From assembly GCA_903845135.1 (NCBI GenBank), contig CAIMWL010000002.1, forward strand, positions 2,792-66,791: a stretch of 64,000 nucleotides of DNA. The letters are read 5' to 3'. Of the stretch, positions 38,844-47,382 are shown one piece after another (position 1 is the first letter of the stretch; every line of letters begins with the position of its first letter). The stretch is from an uncultured Bacillales bacterium. GTDB lineage: Bacteria; Bacillota_I; Bacilli_A; RFN20; CAG-826. The notes under the pieces are model-generated. The model was not told the DNA's origin, ran no database searches, and saw only the letters and a program-made list of their open reading frames with translations. The position numbers were made by a program, and so were the translations under genes.

Positions 38844-39426
38844 AAAGATAAGTCAATAATGAAATAAAAGAAACAATCGCCGCGAAATAAAGCGCCATTT
38901 CAGTGACGCTAAGTCCCACTGGTAAATTCAAACCAACAAATGGCCAGTCATTTAAAAACACAAGGATGATGGCGATGATTTGAACGACAGTTTTTACTTT
39001 TCCAATTTTACTAGCAGCAATCACTTTCCCTTGGCTAACCCCAATCATGCGAATGCCATCAACCGCTAAATCGCGAATGATCATGATGATGACAATCCAT
39101 GCTGGGACACGAATCACGTCAACTTCAATCCAAGAAGGTTTCGTCATTAATAAAATAAAGGCACTATTCGTAAGAACCTTATCAGCAAAGGGGTCAAGGA
39201 ACTTACCAAAGTTGGTAATTAAATTCAATTTTCTTGCAAGATATCCATCTAAAAAATCCGTAAATGATGCAATGGTAAATAACCCCAATGCAACAATATT
39301 TGGCAGAGGAATCAGCGTGGAAACTAGATTGATGTTTGCAACCGTTTGATAAGGAAATAATAATACCCCAATCATCATTAAGACGAGGATAAATCGTGAA
39401 ACAGTAATCCGATTTGGTAAATTCAT
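38809..39426 (-). CDS. pgsA: CDP-diacylglycerol--glycerol-3-phosphate 3-phosphatidyltransferase
   Basis: Start MNLPNRITVSRF matches B. subtilis MFNLPNKITLAR. CDP-alcohol motif DGYLARK...G...DPFADKV. The ORF-track start at 39477 adds 17 codons that are really the 3' end of rnpB. Confidence 0.85.
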   Translation of the reverse strand: MNLPNRITVSRFILVLMMIGVLLFPYQTVANINLVSTLIPLPNIVALGLFTIASFTDFLDGYLARKLNLITNFGKFLDPFADKVLTNSAFILLMTKPSWIEVDVIRVPAWIVIIMIIRDLAVDGIRMIGVSQGKVIAASKIGKVKTVVQIIAIILVFLNDWPFVGLNLPVGLSVTEMALYFAAIVSFISLLTYLYENRSIFTSNE

Positions 39427-39434
39427 ATTCCTAT

Positions 39435-39777
39435 TTTCTGGTAACCCTGTAAGCCATGTTCTGTAATCGATGATCATTTATCTCTATCTTGCGATAGGAA
39501 GGTTCCACTTCGGTTAGTGGTTCCTCCTTCCCCGACCAAATTTGGGTTTCTCGCTCGTGGGGTTTGCCTCGTTGCACCTAGTCGTTTCCAACTAGCTTCG
39601 TCACTGTGGCACTTTCAGGTTTCGCCCAACCTTGCGGTAAGGGGAGGGACCGCCGTCATATGTTGCCATATGCCTAACGTTATTCGTTCCGTTAGCACAA
39701 ACACTACGGACATCACAGCCCGTGCGAGCATGGACTTTCCTCTAGGCATGCCTAGCGATCATCCGGGTTACCAACTT
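39435..39777 (-). ncRNA. rnpB: RNase P RNA, Bacillus-type (type B)
   Basis: Minus-strand sequence GUUGGUAACCCGGAUGAUCGCUAGGCAUGCCUAGAGGAAAGUCCAUGCUCGCACGG... carries the universal P4 AGGAAAGUCC. It also has GAAAGUGCCACAGUGACGAAG, AAACCCCACGAGCGAGAAACCCAAAUUUGGU and a 3' ACAGAACAUGGCUUACAGGGUUACC. These are near-collinear with B. subtilis RNase P RNA. P1 is formed by UUGGUAACCC and GGGUUACCAG. The region is GC-rich relative to its flanks. Confidence 0.85.
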
Positions 39778-40139
39778 TATTTTAACTTATTTGGGTCAAT
39801 CCCGAGTTTAAATAATTCTTTTTCGTAAATGCCAATTTTCTTCACTAAGAGGAAGTTGTCTTGATTGATCTCCACCGTTTTGTTCGAATTAATGACTTTT
39901 ACTTTGTCTTTCATATCCGCCACTTGAATTTCTAAATCCGCAATTTTCTTTTTTAAAGATTGGACCAAGGAAGACTGTTGTTCAAGTAAGGGTAGTTCAT
40001 CTTTGATAAATTGTTCGATTTGCCGATAATCTTGCAAAATTTGATCTAAAAATAAGTCAACCTCATGGCCGTTATAACCTTTCATATCAGGGGAAAACTT
40101 TTTATTAAGAATCGTTTCAGAAGTCAGGTTTTTCTTCAT
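39777..40139 (-). CDS. gpsB: DivIVA-domain protein (GpsB-like)
   Basis: N-terminal ILNKKFSPDMKGYNGHEVDLFLDQILQDY followed by a coiled coil. 120 aa. It is adjacent to rnpB as in B. subtilis. Confidence 0.65.
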   Translation of the reverse strand: MKKNLTSETILNKKFSPDMKGYNGHEVDLFLDQILQDYRQIEQFIKDELPLLEQQSSLVQSLKKKIADLEIQVADMKDKVKVINSNKTVEINQDNFLLVKKIGIYEKELFKLGIDPNKLK

Positions 40140-40197
40140 AACTTGATCATATTATAAAGGATTGAATCAAAAAGTGAGTATATAATAAAATGAACTT

Positions 40198-40923
40198 ATG
40201 AAAAAGTTAGCCAAACTTCTTGCTCATCGTCGTACGGTTGTTTTTCTCGACCTCGAAGGCACCCAACAATCCCATGAGTTAATTGCCATTGCCGCCATCA
40301 AAGCAGATTTGAATGAAGACTTAACCATCAAAAAATCGTATAAAGGCATGTTTCATTTAGTTAGACCTAAAAAGGAAGTGGGTCGATTCGTGACCCAATT
40401 AACGAACATTACCGAAGTCGATGTTGTGGATAAAGGCATTAGTTATGCAAAAGCAATGCTCGCATTACGTAATTATGTTGGCAAAAACTTTAAAAAAACT
40501 GCTTTCTTTGTCTTTGGTAATCATGATAGTCGTATCTTTCATCAATCCTTTCATTATTCTCCTGACGCGGATGAAACCATCGTAAAAAATGTGACACATA
40601 ACCTGATCGATTTTTCATCTTTTCTTGGAGAATTCATTAAAGATCAAAACGGCAATCCCTTATCTTTAATTAACAATCTATTAGTATTTAAGGAGCCATT
40701 TCAAGGAGTTCATCACCAACCGTTAGATGATGCAAAAAACTTAATGAACCTTTATCGAAAAGTCTTGGAAAGAAAAGATATTTTATTGGAAGAATACATC
40801 AAAGTATTTCAACTGCTTCGGCATATACCTGAGCCACTTAAACTCATGATTCAATTCATCATGAAAGATCAAACAATCAATAAAGACCAATTTATTTCAC
40901 ACCTTAAGGAATATATAGGATGA
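40198..40923 (+). CDS. DEDDh-family 3'-5' exonuclease (DnaQ-like; KapD/DinG-N-like)
   Basis: Exo I VVFLDLEGT, Exo II FFVFGNHDSRIF and Exo III HHQPLDDAKNL. A TATAAT box lies at 40181-40186 and there is no SD. ATGA at the 3' end overlaps recU. Confidence 0.6.
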   Translation: MKKLAKLLAHRRTVVFLDLEGTQQSHELIAIAAIKADLNEDLTIKKSYKGMFHLVRPKKEVGRFVTQLTNITEVDVVDKGISYAKAMLALRNYVGKNFKKTAFFVFGNHDSRIFHQSFHYSPDADETIVKNVTHNLIDFSSFLGEFIKDQNGNPLSLINNLLVFKEPFQGVHHQPLDDAKNLMNLYRKVLERKDILLEEYIKVFQLLRHIPEPLKLMIQFIMKDQTINKDQFISHLKEYIG

Positions 40924-41507
40924 TTCAATATCCAAATGGGGTTAAAAAAATCAATCAACCCAAATTGAAACAACAACTTAAAAAACTTGCCATCAACTCT
41001 TATAAAAATCGGGGGATGGATTTTGAAAAAGAAATCAATCTCACCAATCAATTTTATGTTGAAACGAAAAGAGCAGTGATTACAAAACGACCCACACCAA
41101 TCAATGTGGTCAAAGTTGACTATCAGCGAGGGGCTAAAATTACTCACGCATATTTTGAAAAGCAGTCCACGACTGACTATAACGGTATTTATCGTGGGAA
41201 ATATTTGGATTTTGAAGCAAAATCAACCCAATCTAACACTGCTTTAGCAATCGCCAATATTACCATCCACCAACGACTGCATCTTCAACGGGTTATTGAT
41301 CAAGGAGGCATTGCTTTCTTACTCATTTCCTTTTCTAAACGAGATGAAGTATATGCACTGAAGGCGATTGATTTCCTAAAATTTATCGAACAAGAAAGTC
41401 GTCAGTCTTTACCTTACGCCTGGATTAAAAGTAAAGGGATGAGGATTGCAATTGAATTTCAACCACGAATTGATTATTTAGCCGCGATTGATGAGTGGTT
41501 TTTCTAA
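40920..41507 (+). CDS. recU: Holliday junction resolvase RecU
   Basis: 195 aa. RecU signatures GMDFEKEIN, AVITKRPTP, KSTTDYNG and LDFEAKST are present. Confidence 0.85.
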   Translation: MIQYPNGVKKINQPKLKQQLKKLAINSYKNRGMDFEKEINLTNQFYVETKRAVITKRPTPINVVKVDYQRGAKITHAYFEKQSTTDYNGIYRGKYLDFEAKSTQSNTALAIANITIHQRLHLQRVIDQGGIAFLLISFSKRDEVYALKAIDFLKFIEQESRQSLPYAWIKSKGMRIAIEFQPRIDYLAAIDEWFF

Positions 41508-42152
41508 ATTTTTATTCGGTTCCTTACAGATAGTTTGCAATCGGCATCCAACACAATTGGGTTTTCGAGCTTGACAAGCATACCGACCAAAATGAATCAA
41601 CTGATGATGAAGTTTAATGTAGCGATCTTGGGGAAAATATTTGCGCAATTTTTTCTCCGTCACCTCAACCGAATCGCTTTTTTTGGAGATACCAAGTCGC
41701 CAAGCGAGACGAAACACATGGGTATCAACTGCAATTTCGGGGATGTTAAAAAGTTCTGATCTGATCACATTTGCCGTTTTAACACCAACGCCGGGTAAGC
41801 TGATTAATTGGGATTTATCGGATGGCACTTTTCCTTGGTAATTTTTTATTAACGTCGCTGCAAGGGCTTTGATATGTTTGGCTTTGGTATGAAATAAACC
41901 AATCGATTGAATTGTGTTTTCAATTGAACGAATGGGAGCATTTGCTAAATCTTCAAGGCGAGGAAATTTTTTAAATAAGATAGGTGTAACCTTATTCACT
42001 GATTGATCCGTCGTTTGAGCAGACAAAAGCACAGCGATTAAAAGTTCATAATCCTTGCGATACCATAACTCACATCCCACATTGGGATATTGTTGATCAA
42101 GAAAATCTAAAATCTTATTTCTTTTGTTTTGATCCATGATCAAGATTTTCAT
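41478..42152 (-). CDS. nth: Endonuclease III
   Basis: HhH-GPD fold (LPGVGVKTANVI) and 4Fe-4S cluster CQARKPNCVGCRLQTIC. Confidence 0.9.
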   Translation of the reverse strand: MKILIMDQNKRNKILDFLDQQYPNVGCELWYRKDYELLIAVLLSAQTTDQSVNKVTPILFKKFPRLEDLANAPIRSIENTIQSIGLFHTKAKHIKALAATLIKNYQGKVPSDKSQLISLPGVGVKTANVIRSELFNIPEIAVDTHVFRLAWRLGISKKSDSVEVTEKKLRKYFPQDRYIKLHHQLIHFGRYACQARKPNCVGCRLQTICKEPNKNLEKPLINRG

Positions 42153-42765
42153 TAATTTGCGTTATTGTTTTTTGAATATCTTGATGGGGATTTTGTTGAA
42201 TTGAAGGATTTCCTTCTAGGTTAAAATTTTCTTTGGTGGTTTGTTTTTGCAAGTATTTGTCCATGAAGCGAATCGATTTTTTTTGCTTAGCAATCGCTTC
42301 TTCTAAACTCGAAATTATGATAGCCTCGCTGTATCCAAATTGTAACCAATCTTGAATGCGAGAAATTTCCAAAGGTGATAAAGTCCTACCAAATTCTTTT
42401 TCAATACGTTGGAACAAATTAGCTTGGGCGTTCACGGTTAATTCTTGGGTTTGATGGATCACTTGTTGCTGAAAACGTTTATAGAGCAATTGTTTTAGTG
42501 GATTGAGTGTGGTGTGAGTCTTGCCTGATACAGTGACATATTCAATAAATTTTCGATTTAACAATTCAACCATCGTCGCATCAATTTCCTCTAGTGGTAG
42601 GGTCATTTTTAAACTCAGTAATTCTGCGGTGATGAGGTGATTATCAAGTTTAAGCAATTGATCCATGACTAAAATAACCATCACGTGTTTTTCTTGAAAA
42701 CCCAACGCCTTATAATGGTCGAGTAGTAAATGCTTTAAATCTAAAGCTTCAAACATGGTATTCAT
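42115..42765 (-). CDS. dnaD: DnaD-domain replication initiation protein
   Basis: C-terminal DDBH2-like segment SPLEISRIQDWLQFGYSEAIIISSLEEAI...YLQ. The nth-dnaD adjacency matches B. subtilis. Confidence 0.6.
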   Translation of the reverse strand: MNTMFEALDLKHLLLDHYKALGFQEKHVMVILVMDQLLKLDNHLITAELLSLKMTLPLEEIDATMVELLNRKFIEYVTVSGKTHTTLNPLKQLLYKRFQQQVIHQTQELTVNAQANLFQRIEKEFGRTLSPLEISRIQDWLQFGYSEAIIISSLEEAIAKQKKSIRFMDKYLQKQTTKENFNLEGNPSIQQNPHQDIQKTITQINENLDHGSKQKK

Positions 42766-42786
42766 CTTATGGGTTATTATACCAAT

Positions 42787-43461
42787 TCAATCTAAATCTG
42801 GATGCAGTCCGTAAGAGGCTAATAATAAAGTAGCCTCATACGGTTTAAATTTAAGCATTTTTTGATACTCTTGTTTTACTTTCTGAGGATTTAAATATTC
42901 AAGTAGGGGTAAACTTTGATTCAGGGCTTTTGCTAAACCGGGTGCTTGTTTAAATCCTAGTTTATGTTGAAAACGTAACACACGAAGAATTCTTAACGGA
43001 TCTTCTTGAAATCTTGCATAAGGGTCGCCAATCATTCTTAAGGTTTGACTTTTTAAATCTTCTAAACCTTTTGCAAAATCGAGCGTTTTTAATTCAGCAT
43101 CAAGATAGATTGCATTGATTGTTAAATCTCGTCTTAAGTAATCCACAATTGGTTCTTTAACGAAGGTAATGGACTGTGGATGCCTTTTGTCTTGGTAAAT
43201 CGATTCTTGCCTAAGCGTGGTGATATCAATATGATATGCACCCGATTGAAGTTGAACAGTACCATAATGGGCAAAACGGTAATTTGCATGAGGTAGAAAA
43301 AGTTGCATTTCGGTAGGTTTGGCATCTGTCGTTAAATCAAAATCATCCACTGGTAAACCCAGTAAAAAATCTCGGCTTGATCCACCAATCATCCATAGTT
43401 TAAAACCATGGCGATGAAATAGTTCAGATAAGTCTAAATAGGGCTTTAATGTCATCAGCAT
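42787..43461 (-). CDS. Short class-II nucleotidyltransferase (CCA-adding/poly(A) polymerase head-neck only, 224 aa)
   Basis: Motifs GGSSRDFLLG, DDFDLTTDA, RRDLTINA and EDPLRILRVLRF are present. The protein stops about 170 aa short of a normal CCA enzyme. There are only 21 nt before dnaD. Confidence 0.6.
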   Translation of the reverse strand: MLMTLKPYLDLSELFHRHGFKLWMIGGSSRDFLLGLPVDDFDLTTDAKPTEMQLFLPHANYRFAHYGTVQLQSGAYHIDITTLRQESIYQDKRHPQSITFVKEPIVDYLRRDLTINAIYLDAELKTLDFAKGLEDLKSQTLRMIGDPYARFQEDPLRILRVLRFQHKLGFKQAPGLAKALNQSLPLLEYLNPQKVKQEYQKMLKFKPYEATLLLASYGLHPDLD

Positions 43462-43479
43462 ATGATAACCATATCAAAA

Positions 43480-43517
43480 CAAATAAAAAAAGGATAGATG
43501 GTATTCCATCTATCCCC
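43480..43517 (-). terminator. Rho-independent terminator after hup
   Basis: Minus strand reads GGATAGATGG-AATA-CCATCTATCC followed by TTTTTTTATTT. Confidence 0.65.
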
Positions 43518-43537
43518 TGAAGTTTGCTAACTAAAGT

Positions 43538-43810
43538 TTAGCGAACTTTTTCTTTTAAGGTCTTGCTGGCCTTGAAACCGACAACCTTGGTTGCAGGAAT
43601 CTTGATTTTTTCTGTGGTTCCTGGTTTGACACCAATGCGGGCTTTACGGTTACGGACAGTGAATGCACCAAATCCAGCTAATTTAACTGGTTGGCCTTTG
43701 CTTAAGGCTTTGGTTAAAGTCCCTAAGACGACTTCGAGGACTTTTTCAGCATCTTTCTTGCTGTGTCCAGTTTCCTTGGCGACGACTTCAACTAGATCTA
43801 CTTTGTTCAT
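43538..43810 (-). CDS. hup: DNA-binding protein HU
   Basis: 90 aa. The arm motif GFGAFTVRNRKARIGVKPGT is present. Confidence 0.9.
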   Translation of the reverse strand: MNKVDLVEVVAKETGHSKKDAEKVLEVVLGTLTKALSKGQPVKLAGFGAFTVRNRKARIGVKPGTTEKIKIPATKVVGFKASKTLKEKVR

Positions 43811-43922
43811 ATTTTCCTCCTAGATCTTTCTGCGTATAAAGTAGCATAGTATCGTAAAAAATGCAACAAAATTTAATCAAGTTAATTTCTTTAAAAATAA
43901 AAACTTATCAATCCAAAAAAAA

Positions 43923-44927
43923 TTATTCTACGCGTAAAGGCCGATTCATTAACGATTTAATTAATTCAGATGGTCTTTTTTTCTCGTATAAAACGGCATA
44001 AACTGCTTCTATGATCGGTAGTTTTAAACGATATTTTTTTGCAAGTTGGTGGGCAATTTTTGCAAAGGCAACGCCTTCCACAGTTTCTTGGTTTGTTTCC
44101 AAAAAATTTTGGGCAGAGTCATCTTTACCAATTTTAATCCCTGCTTGATAATTGCGAGAATGCTTTGAGTAGCACGTGACAATTAAATCGCCTAATCCGG
44201 TTAACCCTGCATGGGTTTTTAATTTTCCACCTAGGACTTTTCCAAGTCTCATCAACTCTGCTAGACCTCTGGTCACTAAAGCCGCACGAGCATTGTCACC
44301 AAGATTAAGCCCTGTTACTACGCCACTAGCGATAGCGATAACATTTTTTAAAGCGGAACCGACCTCAGAACCAATTTCATCTTTTTGCACATAGACGCGA
44401 AAATATTCATTGGAAAATAAAAAAGAGACCATCTCTGCATGTTCAACTTTTTTACAGACTGCGGAAACAAGCGTCAGTTGCCTTTCAATCACTTCTTCAG
44501 CATGCGAAGGACCAATCAAACTAACCACTGCTTTGACCCATTTTTTCGGCAATACATTACGAATTGTTTCAGATAGTCTTTGATTGGTTAAAGGATCAAA
44601 CCCTTTGGCAGTATTGATGATGCAAACTTTTTCATGGATCAGCGGCGCAAGATTTTTAACCATTTCTCGAACTGCATGAGACGGTACGCACAACATGATT
44701 ACCTCTTGGTTAGCAACGACTTCTTGCAAGTCACAAGAGGCGTGAATGGTTTTGGGTAAGTTAAAGGCTTCTTTAAAATAGGAGGCGTTCGTATGACGTT
44801 CATTAATTTCTTTACAAACTTTTGGATCCTTAGCATACATGAAAACTTCATGACCATTGTCTGCGAGGACTTGCGCTAAAGCAGTTCCCCATGAACCGGC
44901 ACCGAGAATAGCAATTTTGGTTTTCAT
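43923..44927 (-). CDS. gpsA: Glycerol-3-phosphate dehydrogenase [NAD(P)+]
   Basis: N-terminal Rossmann motif KIAILGAGSWGTALA. 334 aa. Confidence 0.9.
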   Translation of the reverse strand: MKTKIAILGAGSWGTALAQVLADNGHEVFMYAKDPKVCKEINERHTNASYFKEAFNLPKTIHASCDLQEVVANQEVIMLCVPSHAVREMVKNLAPLIHEKVCIINTAKGFDPLTNQRLSETIRNVLPKKWVKAVVSLIGPSHAEEVIERQLTLVSAVCKKVEHAEMVSFLFSNEYFRVYVQKDEIGSEVGSALKNVIAIASGVVTGLNLGDNARAALVTRGLAELMRLGKVLGGKLKTHAGLTGLGDLIVTCYSKHSRNYQAGIKIGKDDSAQNFLETNQETVEGVAFAKIAHQLAKKYRLKLPIIEAVYAVLYEKKRPSELIKSLMNRPLRVE

Positions 44928-46234
44928 TTTCGTTCTCTCATGATTATTTTAATGGGCGTGCCAGTAAAGTCAAAACTTTCCCGTAAGCGATTTTCAAGAA
45001 AACGTTCGTAGGAAAAGTGCATATAAGTTGGTTTATTACAAAATAAGACGAAAGTTGGCGGATTTTGACTCACCTGCTCACCATAATAAATTCGCAAACG
45101 ACCGCCATTAAATTCGGGGGTTTGATTCATTAATTGCGCATCTACTAATAATTCATTTAATCTTGCAGTAGGAATCCGTCTTTGACTCGCTTCATAGACT
45201 TGTTTGACGGTGCGAATGATTTCATCAAGTCTTGTTTTCTTTAAGGCCGAAGTATAGAGAACAGGAACAAACTCTAAAAATGGCATCAATAATCTGAGTT
45301 TTTTTGTATATTGATTCATATCCCGATCGCCTTTTTTAGCGAGATCCCATTTGTTGACAACGAGCACCATACCTTTAAAAGCTTGGAAGGCAAAACCAGC
45401 GATATGTTTGTCTTGTTCTAACAATCCATCTTCTGCATTTATGACCACTACCACTACTTGCGCTCGTTCAATCGCTTTTAATGATCGAATCGCTGCATAT
45501 TTATCAATCGATTCAAAAATAGCCCCTCGTTTTTTAAGGCCGGCGGTGTCGATCATGACATAATCCGTTCCCTCAAATTGGAAGGTGGTATCAATCGCAT
45601 CTCGGGTCGTGCCTTCAATTGGAGAAACGATTACCCGTTCCTCTTGAAGAATGGCATTAACCAAACTCGATTTCCCGACATTGGGTCTACCGACCACGGC
45701 AAATTGTGTGTGACCTTGATAACTTGGAATCGATTTGTTTTTTGGTAGTTGCTTGATGACGGCATCTAATAAATCGCCAATGCCAATTCCGTGAAGGGTA
45801 GAAATGGCAATTGGATTACCAATGCCTAGTCGATAATAATCATTCACATCACCAAGTAATTGACCATCGTCAATTTTATTAACCCCAAGAATAATCGGTT
45901 TTCCAGACTTAAAAAGGATTGAAGAAACCAGTAAATCGTCAGCATTAATCCCTTTTCGACCATCGACTAAATAAATGATTACATCGGCTTCTTTGATTGC
46001 AATGGTTGCTTGCATTCGAATTTGTTCTTGTAAGGGTCGTTTGGTTACTTCAATGCCACCAGTGTCAATTAATCGAAACGGTACCGTTAGCCATTCTGCC
46101 TCACCATAAATTCGATCTCGGGTTAAACCGGGGGTATTATCCGTAATTGCTTGGCGCTTCCCAATCATACGATTAAAAAGCGTAGATTTGCCAACGTTGG
46201 GAGCCCCAACGATGGCGACGATGCCTTTAAGCAT
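44924..46234 (-). CDS. der: GTPase Der (EngA)
   Basis: Two tandem G domains (GAPNVGKST and GRPNVGKSS) plus a KH-like C-terminus. 436 aa. Confidence 0.9.
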   Translation of the reverse strand: MLKGIVAIVGAPNVGKSTLFNRMIGKRQAITDNTPGLTRDRIYGEAEWLTVPFRLIDTGGIEVTKRPLQEQIRMQATIAIKEADVIIYLVDGRKGINADDLLVSSILFKSGKPIILGVNKIDDGQLLGDVNDYYRLGIGNPIAISTLHGIGIGDLLDAVIKQLPKNKSIPSYQGHTQFAVVGRPNVGKSSLVNAILQEERVIVSPIEGTTRDAIDTTFQFEGTDYVMIDTAGLKKRGAIFESIDKYAAIRSLKAIERAQVVVVVINAEDGLLEQDKHIAGFAFQAFKGMVLVVNKWDLAKKGDRDMNQYTKKLRLLMPFLEFVPVLYTSALKKTRLDEIIRTVKQVYEASQRRIPTARLNELLVDAQLMNQTPEFNGGRLRIYYGEQVSQNPPTFVLFCNKPTYMHFSYERFLENRLRESFDFTGTPIKIIMRERK

Positions 46235-46904
46235 GAATTAAACCCACTTTTTTATGGACTATTTCCAAAATTCGTTCCACAACTTCTTGGACAGACATAA
46301 AGGAGGTATCAATCAAAATCGAATCGTTAGCAGGTTTAAGCGGAGCAAAATCACGATGGGAATCAATATAATCTCGATGTCTTAAATCTTCTTCAACACT
46401 TTCAAGTGTACAAGCAATGCCTTTACTTAAATTTTCTTCATATCGACGGACTGCTCTCGTTTCGACTGAAGCAATTTGAAAGATTTTGATATTGGCCTCT
46501 GGTAAGACATAGGTGCCAATATCACGACCATCCATCACAACAGATTGGTTTCCAGCCATATGACGTTGTAAATCGACTAAGGCTAAGCGAATCGCTTTAT
46601 ATGAAGCAATATACGAAACCTGGGCAGAAACTTTTGGATCGCGAATGTCTTTGGAAACATCAATTCCATTCAAGTAAACTTCACCTGTAGGTGCTAACAG
46701 TATTTTCACTTGAGGAATCAACGCTTCGCAAGCGGATTGGTGTTGGGGGTCAATGCCTTTTTGCATCACAAATAATGTAAAAGCTCGATACATTGCTCCG
46801 GTATCGATATAGGTAATGTTGAGTTTTTTGGCAACGAGTTTCGCTACGGTGGATTTACCAGCAGCAGCAGGACCATCAATTGCAAGGATGAGTTTGTTTT
46901 TCAT
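46227..46904 (-). CDS. cmk: Cytidylate kinase
   Basis: IDGPAAAGKST P-loop. The start is placed at ATG 46904 (MKNKLILAIDGP). The ORF-track start at 46970 adds 22 unrelated codons. Confidence 0.9.
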   Translation of the reverse strand: MKNKLILAIDGPAAAGKSTVAKLVAKKLNITYIDTGAMYRAFTLFVMQKGIDPQHQSACEALIPQVKILLAPTGEVYLNGIDVSKDIRDPKVSAQVSYIASYKAIRLALVDLQRHMAGNQSVVMDGRDIGTYVLPEANIKIFQIASVETRAVRRYEENLSKGIACTLESVEEDLRHRDYIDSHRDFAPLKPANDSILIDTSFMSVQEVVERILEIVHKKVGLIHA

Positions 46905-47170
46905 CTTCCAAAGTATACCAAAGCCAGTACAAGGATGAGTAAGATAATGACGACTCCTCCCATCATCCACATCAAGATACGAACCGTTGGCAAATATGCT
47001 TTTCGATTATCGTCGGATAAGCTTGAATTGAATGCTTGAGGTGCTTGAATATACTTCATTTTCATAATTTGCCTGCGATACTTTGCAAATTTTTGAATAC
47101 GATTCTGTGGATTTCTTTTTAGATTGAATAGTTTCATTGGATTGAGGATGCTTTTCTTAATATTCAACAT
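46901..47170 (-). CDS. Hypothetical small membrane protein (basic N-terminus, single C-terminal TM)
   Basis: 89-aa ORF. Its TGA stop overlaps the cmk ATG (ATGA). The C-terminal helix reads VRILMWMMGGVVIILLILVLALVYF. There is no SD, and its start lies 6 nt from the divergent ferredoxin start, which casts doubt on it. Confidence 0.35.
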   Translation of the reverse strand: MLNIKKSILNPMKLFNLKRNPQNRIQKFAKYRRQIMKMKYIQAPQAFNSSLSDDNRKAYLPTVRILMWMMGGVVIILLILVLALVYFGR

Positions 47171-47176
47171 TATAAT

Positions 47177-47380
47177 ATGAATATGGATCCAAAAAAACCG
47201 ATTGTCATAAAAGACTTATGTATTGCCTGTGGCTTATGTAATGCCATGGTTCCATCCGTTTTTGATTGGGATGATGATGGCAAAATGAAGACTATTGTTA
47301 GTGCGGTACCTAAAGGTCAAGAAGCTGATGTCGAAGAAGCCAAAGTCAATTGTCCAACTGCCGCAATCGAAGTCAAATAA
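47177..47380 (+). CDS. fer: Ferredoxin (single 4Fe-4S cluster)
   Basis: 67 aa with CIACGLC...CP cysteine ligands. Confidence 0.75.
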   Translation: MNMDPKKPIVIKDLCIACGLCNAMVPSVFDWDDDGKMKTIVSAVPKGQEADVEEAKVNCPTAAIEVK

Positions 47381-47382
47381 AT

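Noticed and set aside
39427-39477. 17-codon N-terminal extension of pgsA (MIIDYRTWLTGLPENRN)
   Set aside because: It is the 3' end of rnpB, containing the P1 3' strand, read in frame. The genuine start MNLPNRITVSRF matches PgsA homologues.
39517-39828. 103-aa plus-strand ORF in the track
   Set aside because: It lies entirely inside the RNase P RNA gene. It is GC-rich structured RNA sequence, not coding.
46905-46970. Long N-terminal extensions in the track for cmk, parA (49587-49667), sufC (56874-56888), sufU (54014-54043) and the second lipoprotein (58589-58762)
   Set aside because: The track apparently allows TTG/GTG starts and takes the longest ORF. In each case a downstream ATG with an SD gives an N-terminus matching the conserved family start.
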